Assembly: GCA_963765765.1 (NCBI GenBank)
Contig: CAVXYC010000002.1
Coordinates: 32,001 to 96,000, forward strand
Direction: 5' to 3'
DNA from: an uncultured Chloroflexia bacterium
Lineage (GTDB): Bacteria; Chloroflexota; UBA6077; JACCZL01
DNA: 64,000 bases
Position 1 is the first letter of the stretch. Every line of letters starts with the position of its first letter. Position numbers and translations under genes: made by a program. Below the pieces are notes generated by a model that was given only the letters and a program-made list of their open reading frames with translations, did not search any database and was not told the DNA's origin. Of this stretch, positions 50,079 to 59,389 are shown piece after piece.

Positions 50079-51127
50079 ATGACAACGACTCGTCGATCTC
50101 GAGCGCTCTTTGGAGCGCTGGCTGTGTGTCTCATTGCCGTAATGGCCTGTGCGCCCGCCACTTCCCGGCCATCAGCGCCGGCCGACCAATCGATCGAGCC
50201 CAAGACGATTCGCATGGCGACTGTAGGCATCGGCTGGTCCACAGCCCCCGAGATGGTGGCCCAGGAGAAAGGCTTCTATGCGGACGAGAAGCTGACTGTG
50301 GAAGCTAATGTGGCAGGCGCGTCGGCGGCCACGTGCCAGCAGATCCTTGCCAAGGCGGCCGATATCGGCCAGTGCTCGCTGAATGACATGGTCCAGGCAG
50401 TAGAGGCGGCGGAGCGCCCCTTATCCAGTTCTTCGGCTTTTACAATTCGCCACTTAACTACAGCATCATGGCCAAGCCTAACATCAGCACCTGGGCTGAT
50501 CTGAAGGGTAAGTCCATCATGGTGGGTGGGCCAAAGGACAACACCGTCTACTTCTTCCGCGCCATGGCGCGTCCCAACGGGCTCCAGGATAATGACTATG
50601 ACTTCCAGTTCGCCGGCGCCAGTAGCGCTCGGTTCGCCGCGCTCAAATCCGGGGCGGTTGACGCCTCGATCCTGACCGACCCGTTCGACCTTCAGGCCGA
50701 GCTCGAGGGTTACAAGAAGGTTGACGGGCTGGTGCCTAAATACGTCAACGCCGGAAACTATGGGTACATCATCCACGTGGCCCAGCCAGACTGGGCGAAG
50801 ACCCACCAGGATGAGCTCACTCGCTACATGCGAGGCCTGCTCAAGGCTGTGGATTGGATCTACGACCCGGCCAACAAGCAGGAGATGTTTAACATCGTTG
50901 GGCCCAAAGTAAATATGAACCAGGAAACATTCGACCGGCTCTACAAGCGCGATGCTCAGGATGATCGTTACTGGTCCACGAATGGAAAGATGACCGACGC
51001 GGGCGTGCAGGGAGTGCTGAACTCGCTCATCGAGCTAGACAGCCTCAAGTCGCCCGCGCCACCGCCCAGCAAGTACTACGACTCGACGTACATCAACGCT
51101 GCGCTCGCCAGCATGGGGCGGCAGTAG
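50079..51127 (+). CDS. Second NitT/TauT-family substrate-binding lipoprotein (frameshifted)
   Basis: 50079..50504 plus 50468..51127; VMAC lipobox; core nearly identical in protein to 47068..48234. Confidence 0.85.
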
Positions 51128-51525
51128 CCAGAACTCTGAGATAAGGTCGGAATCTCGGCTATCAGATCCCTTGTTATTGGAGGAACGAAGAATTTCAGAC
51201 GGACATCGACCAGTGCCGGGTGGAAATCATGGTCAGTCGTTCCCGACTAGATTACTGATGTCCCTCAGATTCTTCGTTGTTCTGAATGACCAGGAAAACT
51301 GATCAACGCTAGTTGCGGCTTGCTAGCATTCCGCCTGGTGGCATGTTCTGCTCCGAGGAAGCTGATTATTGCCTCGTTCGCCGCGGGTGCTGCATTCATG
51401 ACCGCCGTAGTCTGCTCCAGCCAATTCGGCGGCCCTCTGCCCGCGATCGGAAGTTGCAACGCTGGAGTCGCTACCGCCTCAAGTGACGCCAGCCTCGCCG
51501 TCGCCGATACCCGCCGCCAGCCAGG

Positions 51526-52386
51526 TTAGCTCGTCGGCTGAGCCCGGTACGCCTCGATGATCTCGCTGCCGGTCGCCCACCAGACGTGCTCGTGGCGATT
51601 GATGTAGGCCAGGGCTTCGTCGAGGTATTTGATTCGGTAGGGCACACCGGTGAGATATGGGTGGAGCGCGATGCACATGACCCTGCCGCTGTCCGCGCCT
51701 TCGGCATAGAGCGTGTCGAACTGGTCGGTGATCATCTGCGTGAAGTCGCGTCCCGGCATACCCAGCCGCTCAAACATGCGCTTGTCGTTGAGCTCCATGG
51801 TGTACGGAATTGAATACAGATCGCCGTGCGCGGTTGACATGATGTACGGCTGATCGTCGTTCGTCCAATCCGCAACGTATTCGATGCCGGCTTTCTTGAG
51901 GAGCTCAGGAGTGCGCGCCGTCTCCTGCAGTCCAGGGCCGAGCCAGCCCTTTGGACGCGTGCCGGATGACTCCTCGATGATGCTGAGCGTCTCCATGATG
52001 GTCTGCTCTTCGGTCTCCGCGTCCATGCCAGCCAGCGGACGGCTGTTGGTGAGTCCGTGCCCGAGCCACTCCCAGCCCAGGTTGGTGCCTTCGCGAATGA
52101 TCTCCGGCTCGTATTTGCACACCTCGGCATTGAGCATCACCGACGCTCGGATGCCGTAGCGATCCAGCGTCTTCATCATCCGCCACACCGCCACGCGGTT
52201 GCCGTAGTCTCGCACCGCGTAGCTCGGGACGTCAGGAGGTGCGCTGCGTCCGCCCGGAAACGGCTCGTCGAAATGGAAATGCTCGACGTTGGGCGATACC
52301 CACACCGCGACATGCGCGCCGTTGGGCCAACGGATCGGCGGGCGAGTCGTGATCGGGCTATAGGCGAAACGTCCGTGATCCATCAT
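51526..52386 (-). CDS. Polysaccharide deacetylase / allantoinase PuuE-like protein
   Basis: RPP.RWPNGA.VAVW..PNVE, RDYGNRV.VWR, E..GHG, RPKGWLGP, DDQPY, LHPYL.G.P.R. Confidence 0.88.
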   Translation of the reverse strand: MMDHGRFAYSPITTRPPIRWPNGAHVAVWVSPNVEHFHFDEPFPGGRSAPPDVPSYAVRDYGNRVAVWRMMKTLDRYGIRASVMLNAEVCKYEPEIIREGTNLGWEWLGHGLTNSRPLAGMDAETEEQTIMETLSIIEESSGTRPKGWLGPGLQETARTPELLKKAGIEYVADWTNDDQPYIMSTAHGDLYSIPYTMELNDKRMFERLGMPGRDFTQMITDQFDTLYAEGADSGRVMCIALHPYLTGVPYRIKYLDEALAYINRHEHVWWATGSEIIEAYRAQPTS

Positions 52387-52535
52387 GGTGAGTGCTCCTT
52401 GAATTGACAGGGAAAATTTGACGGGTCGATCCTACCAGCGCTCGATCTAGCGGAACTTTTTGCGCAAAGCGTAGATCTCAACTCGGTCTGTCAGGAATTT
52501 CTTCTGATTGGACGGTGAAACACTTCCCATGGGCA

Positions 52536-52626
52536 TTGTCATCCTGAGCGTTTAGCGAAGGAACTTCCCCACCGGAATCCAGGTGATCGACGGGAAAGAT
52601 CCTTCGCTAAACGCTCAGGATGACAA
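52536..52626. repeat. GTCATCCTGAGCG-type REP doublet
   Basis: ttgtcatcctgagcgtttagcgaagga ... tccttcgctaaacgctcaggatgacaa. Confidence 0.8.
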
Positions 52627-52671
52627 GTCGCCGGTTACGGTTGCGGTGATCGCAATCAGAGCTCAACGAGA

Positions 52672-53774
52672 TCAGGCACGGCTTGCGGACGCCCCAGCCA
52701 CCGCGGGAATGTTGTTCAGTCCGTAGAACCGATCGGCGTTGCCCGCGAGAATGAGCTCTTTCTCGGCCTGGGTGAGAGACTCTGTTTCCAGAAGCTCCTC
52801 GATCTCGTGCTTGCAGATGTCGTTGTTGACCTCGTGCGGGAAATCGGACGAGAAGACAAAGGCTTCCGCGCCGACCATTTTGGCTAGCTCGGGCAGCGCT
52901 TCTTCATCGCCCTCGCAGCCAATGTACAGACGACCTTCCCTGATGTGCTTGCGGATGTAGTCGCTCACCTTCTCGTCCGGCGCAGGCGTCAGCTCTCCGC
53001 GAGGGTTGTACTGAATGTGCGAGGCATGGGCGCGGTCGAATCGCTCCAGATGCCAGGTGGAGCCAGCCGACCCCGCCTTCCATAAAGCCCCAGCGCGTGT
53101 TGGGGAACTTGTCCAGCACGCCGTTGAAGACAACGCCGGCAAAGTTGACCAACAGGCCGAATGGGTGCCCAAGTGCGCCGACCGGCGTGTACAGGTTCAT
53201 GTGGTCGAATCCGAATCCACTATGTGCTCCACCGTGGATGCCCAGCGCGCACCCGAGCTTGTCGGCGGCTTCGTAGACCGGCCAGAACTCTTTGGCGCCC
53301 AGGTGATCCTTGAGCCCGGTTGAAGGCAGCATAGCGCCGCAGAATCCAAGCTCTTCAACCGCTCGGTGCAGCTCATCCACCGCCGCGGATGGATCCTGCA
53401 TTGGCAGCAGTGCCATGGCCTGGAAACGGGGGCTCCGCGTCAGGTAGGTCTCGTGGACCCAGTTGTTGTACGCGGTGGTCAGCGCGATGGCCCAATCGGC
53501 GTGGAAGATCTTTCCCACGGCCAGACCCTGCGTGGTGTACAGGACGGCGCGGTCGATGCCGACGTCCTCCATGAACTCCACCCAACCGTCCACGCCTACC
53601 GGACGAAATGATCCGGGCGGCGTTTCACCGATGAATGCGTGGAAGTGATCCAGCGGCGGAAACCACCGCGGATTGCTTCGCTGGTTGTACGGAGCCGGGC
53701 AGGAACTTCGTGATGCCGGCCGAGTCCTCCATGATGTGGCCGTCGCCGTCGACGATGCGCGGGGTTGCGGTCAT
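52672..53774 (-). CDS. Amidohydrolase-2 family protein (frameshifted)
   Basis: IVDGDGHIME, AYNNW, FWPVYEAA..L...L.IH, FSSDFPH, IL.GNA.RFY across three frames. Confidence 0.88.
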
Positions 53775-53791
53775 GGGTCTCTCCTCGGTGA

Positions 53792-53872
53792 AAGTGATGA
53801 GTGATGGGTGATGAGTCATGAGCGGAACTCCGTGGCTACTTGTCACTCATCACTCATGACCCATCACTCATT
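53792..53872. repeat. Heptamer inverted array (AGTGATG)
   Basis: agtgatg-agtgatg-ggtgatg-agtcatg ... cactcat-cactcat-gacccat-cactcat. Confidence 0.75.
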
Positions 53873-53882
53873 ACCGGATGGT

Positions 53883-54205
53883 TCAGATTTCGTCCAGTAC
53901 TTCCTTGAGCAGGCGGGCAGCGGTCATGGACGTTGGCCAGCCCGAGTAGAACGCCATGTGTGTGATCACCTCGGCCAGCTCATCCTTGGTCACACCATTG
54001 AACAGCGCACGCTGCAGGTGGCCCTTGAGCTGGTCGCCGCGGTACATGGCGATGAGCGCCGATACGGTAACGAGGCTACGATCACGCTTGGAGAGTCCGG
54101 GCCGCTCCCAGACCTCGCCGTAGACGACCTTCTCGGTGTACTCGATAAGCTGCGGCACGGTGTCGCGACCGCGTCGCGCGCGGCTGTTGACGGTTGCTTT
54201 GCCAT
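53883..54205 (-). CDS. Carboxymuconolactone decarboxylase family protein (one 5' frameshift)
   Basis: VVYGEVWERPGLSKRDRSLVTVSAL, QL..H..RA..NGVT.DEL.EVITH.AFY.GWP. Confidence 0.9.
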
Positions 54206-54229
54206 TAGTTGTTACTCCTCCTTTGGCTT

Positions 54230-54303
54230 GGTGGGACGGGCGTCTCTCCTGTCCAGTATCCAGCTGAAACAGCTGCACAGGACAGGCGAGACGCCTGTCC
54301 ACC
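54230..54303. repeat. GGTGGGAC-type REP doublet
   Basis: ggtgggacgggcgtctctcctgtcc ... ggacaggcgagacgcctgtccacc. Confidence 0.75.
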
Positions 54304-54314
54304 GTACGTTGACT

Positions 54315-55203
54315 CTATTTCACGCGCGCGAACTTCTGAACGCGCGCGCCTTCCAGCACCTCGGAGACGTAGATGCAGCCCTCCGAGTCGGTCCAGATGC
54401 CGTGCGGGCCCCAGAACTTGCCCGGGTCGTGGCTGCGCTCGCTGCCCCAGCGACCGATCACGTTGCCCTCCAGGTCCACGATGCTGACGCGGTCGCCCAG
54501 CTCGGCCACGTACATGACTTCGTCCTTGTCCACGTACAGCTTGCACGGCTGGCTGAAGCCGGTCCACATGTCGAGGTACTCGCCGTCGGGCGTGAAGATC
54601 TGGATGCGGTTGTTCTGCGCGATCGGCCACATAGACCTTGCCCTTGTGCTCCCAGACGCTGTGAACGAGATTGAACTGCCCCTCGCCCTGCCCGGCTCTC
54701 CCCAGGACATGAGCAGATTTCCGTCCGGCGTCGTATTTGTGGACCCGGCAGTTTCGGTAGCCATCGGAGACATAGATGTCGCCCGCCGGAGTGATGCTTA
54801 CGTCGGTGGGGTGATGGAACGGCGGGCCGGCGTACAGCACCTTCTTTGTCTCGTCCGTGTAGCCTGTGTCAGACGGCTTCCCCCGCTCGCCGAGCGTCAG
54901 CTTGTGCCGACCGGCGCTGGTGAACTTGAGCACGATCTGCGGGACACGGTCCACGAAGAAAACCGTGTCGTCGGGTGTGATGCACATGCCGTGAGCGTCT
55001 TCGAAGATGCCCCGTCCCCACGATTCGATCAGGTTCCCCGCCTTGTCGAAGACCATGTACGGGTTCTCGGTGCGGGTGAACACGTGCACCTGGTCCTTCG
55101 AGTCGACGGCGACCGCGCCGCACTGGCCCCAGCGCCACCCGGCGGGCAGCTTCCCCCAGCCCTCGACCAGCTCGTACTGTCGTTCCCCAGCATCGATCTT
55201 CAT
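54315..55203 (-). CDS. NHL-repeat protein (peptidyl-alpha-hydroxyglycine alpha-amidating lyase-like; frameshifted)
   Basis: YE.VEGW.KLP.GW, VAVDSKD.V.VF.R, F.HPTDV....GDIYVSDGY.N.RV, PHGIW.D..G.IYVSEV. Confidence 0.85.
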
Positions 55204-55273
55204 CGCACCCACCTCTCCGGTGATGGACGACAGCTTACCGCAGGATTGGGATATTGGAAACGTTCAGCCAGAA

Positions 55274-55370
55274 TCCAAGCCGCGACCGTGAACGAGCGGT
55301 TCCTTCTTGCGACGATCCTAGTCTGGGAGCTCGCGAGAATGGAACCGCTCGTTCACGGTCGCGGCTTGGA
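55274..55370. repeat. AGCCGCGACCGT-type inverted repeat (30-bp perfect arms)
   Basis: tccaagccgcgaccgtgaacgagcggttcc (55274-55303) is the reverse complement of 55341-55370. Confidence 0.8.
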
Positions 55371-55384
55371 GGGCGTGGCGCCTG

Positions 55385-56326
55385 CTACTTAAAGATGCTG
55401 AGCGGCAGAAAGGCCGAGACAATCCAGTTGGGCGTGTCCACGACCTCGCTGATCTTGAGATCCACGGCCACGCTGCACAAGATGTACGCGTCCTCACGAC
55501 TCAACCCATACTCGCGGCCAAGGAAGGCGATCATCCGGCGAATGGCGGCCTTGGTCGCCGCCATCAAATCAGGTTCGACGCCGGTTGTGGCATGCCAGCC
55601 GCCGCTGTTGGTGATCGGAGTGAGCGGCCCGCTCGTGCGGAGCTCAGGCGACTCCAGACGCAAATCGGTTCGCAAAGTGAACCGAAGTGTGGAGGTGAGT
55701 CCACACTCGATCGCCGTGACGCAGACCTCGCCGTCTCCTTGCGCGGCATGGCCATCACCGGTGGAGAACAGCGCCCCATCAACCTCTATGGGTAACCACA
55801 GCGTGGATCCGGCGGTGAGCTGCTTGATGTCCATATTGCCGCCCATCCGTCGAGGAGGCATGGTGGAATGCACCCCGGGCTCGGCTGGCGCGAGGCCCAT
55901 GACGCCGAGAAATGGCTCAATGGGCACGGCGATGTCCTTGCCAAACCAGGCTAGATGACCGTCGGAGAGGTCCCAGGCCTTGAGGTGCGGAGCATCGAAT
56001 TCATCACCAAGCAGACCACGGCCGACATTGAAGTACGTGTAGCCCCACGGGACCGTCGAGATATCTAAAACGTCGATCTGAAGGGTGTCGCCGGCGCGCG
56101 CATCGCGTATTGCAACCGGTCCGGTCAATGGATGTCCCATGAACGTGCGGCCGATCAGTGCATCGGCTTTGGAGTCGGGAGCCAGCCAGCCGTCGCCGAC
56201 ACCATACGTGGTGAACCGAACGGCATCCCCTGAGTCAACGGTAAGTAACGGTGCGCGCGAGTTGTCCCAGTTGCGGTGAATCGGCTCAGGTCCGAGCTCA
56301 TGGTCAATGCGGATCTCGGCGGTCAT
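55385..56326 (-). CDS. Acetamidase/formamidase family protein
   Basis: H.LTGPV....A..GD.L, PF.GVMG.AP, GGNMD, GALFS.GDGHAAQGDGEVC.TAIE. Confidence 0.92.
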   Translation of the reverse strand: MTAEIRIDHELGPEPIHRNWDNSRAPLLTVDSGDAVRFTTYGVGDGWLAPDSKADALIGRTFMGHPLTGPVAIRDARAGDTLQIDVLDISTVPWGYTYFNVGRGLLGDEFDAPHLKAWDLSDGHLAWFGKDIAVPIEPFLGVMGLAPAEPGVHSTMPPRRMGGNMDIKQLTAGSTLWLPIEVDGALFSTGDGHAAQGDGEVCVTAIECGLTSTLRFTLRTDLRLESPELRTSGPLTPITNSGGWHATTGVEPDLMAATKAAIRRMIAFLGREYGLSREDAYILCSVAVDLKISEVVDTPNWIVSAFLPLSIFK

Positions 56327-56347
56327 ATCATCAGATTCCCTTGTTGC

Positions 56348-56449
56348 GAGCAGAGCCGCATGCCGTAAGGGTGCGGTTCCTACCAGATATCCCCGTGCTG
56401 AACGGGATGCGACGAGGGAACCGCACCCTTACGGCATGCGGCTCTGCTC
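56348..56449. repeat. AGAGCCGC..CCGTAAGG-type inverted repeat (33-bp perfect arms)
   Basis: gagcagagccgcatgccgtaagggtgcggttcc (56348-56380) is the reverse complement of 56417-56449. Confidence 0.8.
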
Positions 56450-56451
56450 TG

Positions 56452-57561
56452 TCAGTCGCGGATGTCTTGCAGGAACCACTCAGTGGGAAGCTCGCGCCCC
56501 AGGCCTAGCTCCTTGCAGCGTTTGTACACGGCCGCGCCCACCGCTGCGAATTGCAAACCCTGATTCCCGCTATTCAAATAGAGCGTGATGTCCTGGCGGC
56601 TCTGCCGACCTTGTACGCGGCCACTCACGAGGTCGTTGAACGACGGGAACCCACGGCGCGCTCCGAGTGATCCGGACCGGTGACGCTGAGGCAGACGCTG
56701 CTTCTCCTGGTCGTCTCCGGCGATGTAGTCGCCGTTGTTATAACCGTCGCCCATGTGCTCCACGTCTTCATTCCGCGGGTGGCTGTGCGCAACGCCTTGT
56801 TTGAACGTCACGGTGGCGCGGTTGTAGACCTCATCGTCGATCTCGGCCCGAACGTCGGTTACATGTTGGCCGGACTCTAGCCAGGCGCCTTTGAGAGCCG
56901 GCTGCATGGCATTGGTGCAGGCCGCCACGATGTCCGCACCCTGCACGGCTTGCTCGGGTCGCTCCACAGGCTCGATATCCAGCCCCAGCGTTTCGGCCAT
57001 CTCCACGGCGTACGCCTCGCGATTGGCTCGAGTCGGGCTGAATACGCGCACCTTGCGGATATCGCGGACGGCGCAGAAAGCTTGTAGGTATGTCCTGGCC
57101 ATGCCACCGGAGCCGATCATCGCCACCGTGTGCGAGTCTTCTCGCGAGAGATATTTGACGCCCAGTCCAGCCCCGCCGCCTACACGCATGTGCTGGATGA
57201 TCCCATCGTTGATGATCGCCAGCGGCTCGCCGTTGCGCGTACTGAAAAGGAGAACCAGACCACAGTAGAGTCCGGGCTCCACGCAGTATTTGTCCTCCTG
57301 CCAGTTGCCGTGCTCATCCGTGGGCCAGTGGATGATGTCCGACTTCATGCGTATGGCAAAGACTTCGAGGTCCTTGCTGGCGCCTTCCATCGTTCCCCAG
57401 CGGTAGTAGGCGTCAGTGCGCTCAGTAGGGACGTACACATCGATGCGCGGTCGGTGCACGGATGCGCCCGTGGGCAGGCCGCGGAAGGCCACATCTTGCG
57501 CCTCGACGCATTCGGTCATGCTCAACACGCGCTCGACGGTCGGATTGTCGATGAACAGCAT
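56452..57561 (-). CDS. Ornithine cyclodeaminase/mu-crystallin family protein
   Basis: LF....GEPLAI, RVG.G.GLG.KYL.R.D, IGSG.MA, ADIVAACT, G.G.QF.A.G. Confidence 0.88.
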   Translation of the reverse strand: MLFIDNPTVERVLSMTECVEAQDVAFRGLPTGASVHRPRIDVYVPTERTDAYYRWGTMEGASKDLEVFAIRMKSDIIHWPTDEHGNWQEDKYCVEPGLYCGLVLLFSTRNGEPLAIINDGIIQHMRVGGGAGLGVKYLSREDSHTVAMIGSGGMARTYLQAFCAVRDIRKVRVFSPTRANREAYAVEMAETLGLDIEPVERPEQAVQGADIVAACTNAMQPALKGAWLESGQHVTDVRAEIDDEVYNRATVTFKQGVAHSHPRNEDVEHMGDGYNNGDYIAGDDQEKQRLPQRHRSGSLGARRGFPSFNDLVSGRVQGRQSRQDITLYLNSGNQGLQFAAVGAAVYKRCKELGLGRELPTEWFLQDIRD

Positions 57562-57662
57562 CTCACCACTCCCCCGAGGACTTGGGCCGCATTATAACGA
57601 CCGCCGGACCGCGGTCAGACTTGCGACGTAAGATGGCGATGCGAGCTACGAGGTTCATCGTC

Positions 57663-58133
57663 ATGACTGAGATCACCATGCGCATCAGAGGCCACACATT
57701 GCCAGGGCTCTGGTGCGCTGCCCGAAGCGATGGTGTTCGGGATCCCTACGGCCCTGTTCACGTCGGCATTCAGCGTCAGAAAGAAGTGATCGAGATTATT
57801 CCGGGCGATGCTGCTGAGGCCGTCTACGAGTTCAAGGTGGAAGTGCGGGAAGCTGCCGACGGTTCGCCGCAGTTTCACGGACCGTTCGTGCAGCGTCGAT
57901 TGCCGCAGCAGTTCGTCTACCTGAGCTGGGGAGAGGTGAAGAAGCCCGGCCAATTCGCCATGTTCCGCCGCGCCAAAGTGCATCTCACGTCAATCGACCC
58001 TGCAATCGTCAGGCAAGCTCTGGATAATGGTGGCGTGTTGGAAGGATCGGTAGGTTTGACCGACCGGCGCGGCGATCCACTGTGCGCATCAGTGCGTCCA
58101 CCCGTGATTCGCTGGAGAGCAGTTGGAAAGTAG
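57663..58133 (+). CDS. DUF5990-like protein
   Basis: LPG..C, VHVGIQR, F.GP.VQ...QF.YLSWG, MFRRAK, LTD..G.P.CA.VRPP.I.W. Confidence 0.7.
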   Translation: MTEITMRIRGHTLPGLWCAARSDGVRDPYGPVHVGIQRQKEVIEIIPGDAAEAVYEFKVEVREAADGSPQFHGPFVQRRLPQQFVYLSWGEVKKPGQFAMFRRAKVHLTSIDPAIVRQALDNGGVLEGSVGLTDRRGDPLCASVRPPVIRWRAVGK

Positions 58134-58140
58134 ATGCCGT

Positions 58141-58776
58141 TCAGCGATGGTCGGCGAATGCGAGGCGCAAGCCTAACGCTGCCAGCACGGTGCCCATTAG
58201 CCACTTCTGCGCACGCTCCCACATTGGTCGTTGTGACAGCCAGATCGTGAGCTGACTCGCCACCAGGATGATGAGGCAGTTCACCGTGAGACTGATCGCA
58301 ATCTGCGTGAACCCAAGTTCCAGACTCTGAGCCAGCACGGAGCCCTGCTCGGGCTTTAAGAACTGCGTGAAGATCGACAGGTAAAAGACGGCGATCTTGG
58401 GATTGAGCGCGTTGGTCACGAAGCCCATTGCGAAAAGCCGCTGTCGCGAGTCAGGCGGCAAATCTCGCGCCCGAAAGATCGCCTGACTTCCAGGACGTAC
58501 CGCCTGCCAGGCGAGCCACAGTAGGTACATAGCGCCTGCGATCCGCAATGCGTCATACGCGAACGGGATCGCCAGGAACACCACCGTAAGTCCCGCGGTG
58601 GCAATGAGCATATGGAACAGAAATCCTGCGCCAACGCCTAACAGCGATATGAGCGCGGCGTTCCGTCCCTGACACAGTGATCGAGTCACAAGGTAGATCA
58701 TGTTCGGCCCCGGTGTGAGCACCATGATCAGGGCGGCGAGGGCGAAGAGTGCGAGGTCTGGAGGTGAGACGATCAT
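58141..58776 (-). CDS. LysE/RhtB-family translocator
   Basis: TPGPNM.Y, GA.YLLWL, GF.TN.LNPK.AVFY. Confidence 0.92.
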   Translation of the reverse strand: MIVSPPDLALFALAALIMVLTPGPNMIYLVTRSLCQGRNAALISLLGVGAGFLFHMLIATAGLTVVFLAIPFAYDALRIAGAMYLLWLAWQAVRPGSQAIFRARDLPPDSRQRLFAMGFVTNALNPKIAVFYLSIFTQFLKPEQGSVLAQSLELGFTQIAISLTVNCLIILVASQLTIWLSQRPMWERAQKWLMGTVLAALGLRLAFADHR

Positions 58777-58841
58777 GTTTCCCTTGCTTCCAGCGGCTGC
58801 TGAAATGGTAAACCACTCACTACGTGCAGCTCGTGGCCCGA

Positions 58842-59192
58842 TCAGTCTTCGACGATCTGCATCACGGTGATCAGCCCGGCATCATCAAACGTGTAGACGT
58901 GATGGACCGTGTTGTCCAGAAGCAGCTTGCCACTGGGATCGTGAACCACCTGGTGGACCTCAACGTCGATCTGGCCATCGTCTAAGACGTTGACGTGTTC
59001 GGGCGTGACGACTGGGTTAATGATCTTCCATTGCTCGATCCAGTAATCCCGAACCGCGTCGCGTCCATGCAGGCGGCCACCAGCCATGCCGTTTGGCCAA
59101 TCAACGTCGGGGTGTAGCGCATTTAGGACGGTCTCTATCTCGCGAGCGTTGAACGCCCGATACAATGCATCCATAGACTCTCTGGGGGTCAT
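58842..59192 (-). CDS. SnoaL/NTF2-like protein
   Basis: LY.AFNAR.I..VL...HPDVDWPNG..GG...G.DAVRDYW..QW. Confidence 0.85.
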   Translation of the reverse strand: MTPRESMDALYRAFNAREIETVLNALHPDVDWPNGMAGGRLHGRDAVRDYWIEQWKIINPVVTPEHVNVLDDGQIDVEVHQVVHDPSGKLLLDNTVHHVYTFDDAGLITVMQIVED

Positions 59193-59389
59193 TCAGCGCT
59201 TCCATTGAAGAATGATCTCGGAGGAGTGCCTTCGGACCTGGCGAAGCTCATAGTTATGAGAATCCGAGCCGATGGGGTCGGGTACGGCGATGACGAACGT
59301 GGTGTCCGTGATCATGACTGCAGCTCCTCGTCTAGATGGCCGGGAGGTCGCCCTGGCGACCTTGCCTGTTGAACAATGGTTTGCAGTAG

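Noticed and set aside
51320-51529. Small secreted peptide ORF
   Set aside because: TTG start with no RBS and no recognisable motif; cannot be supported.
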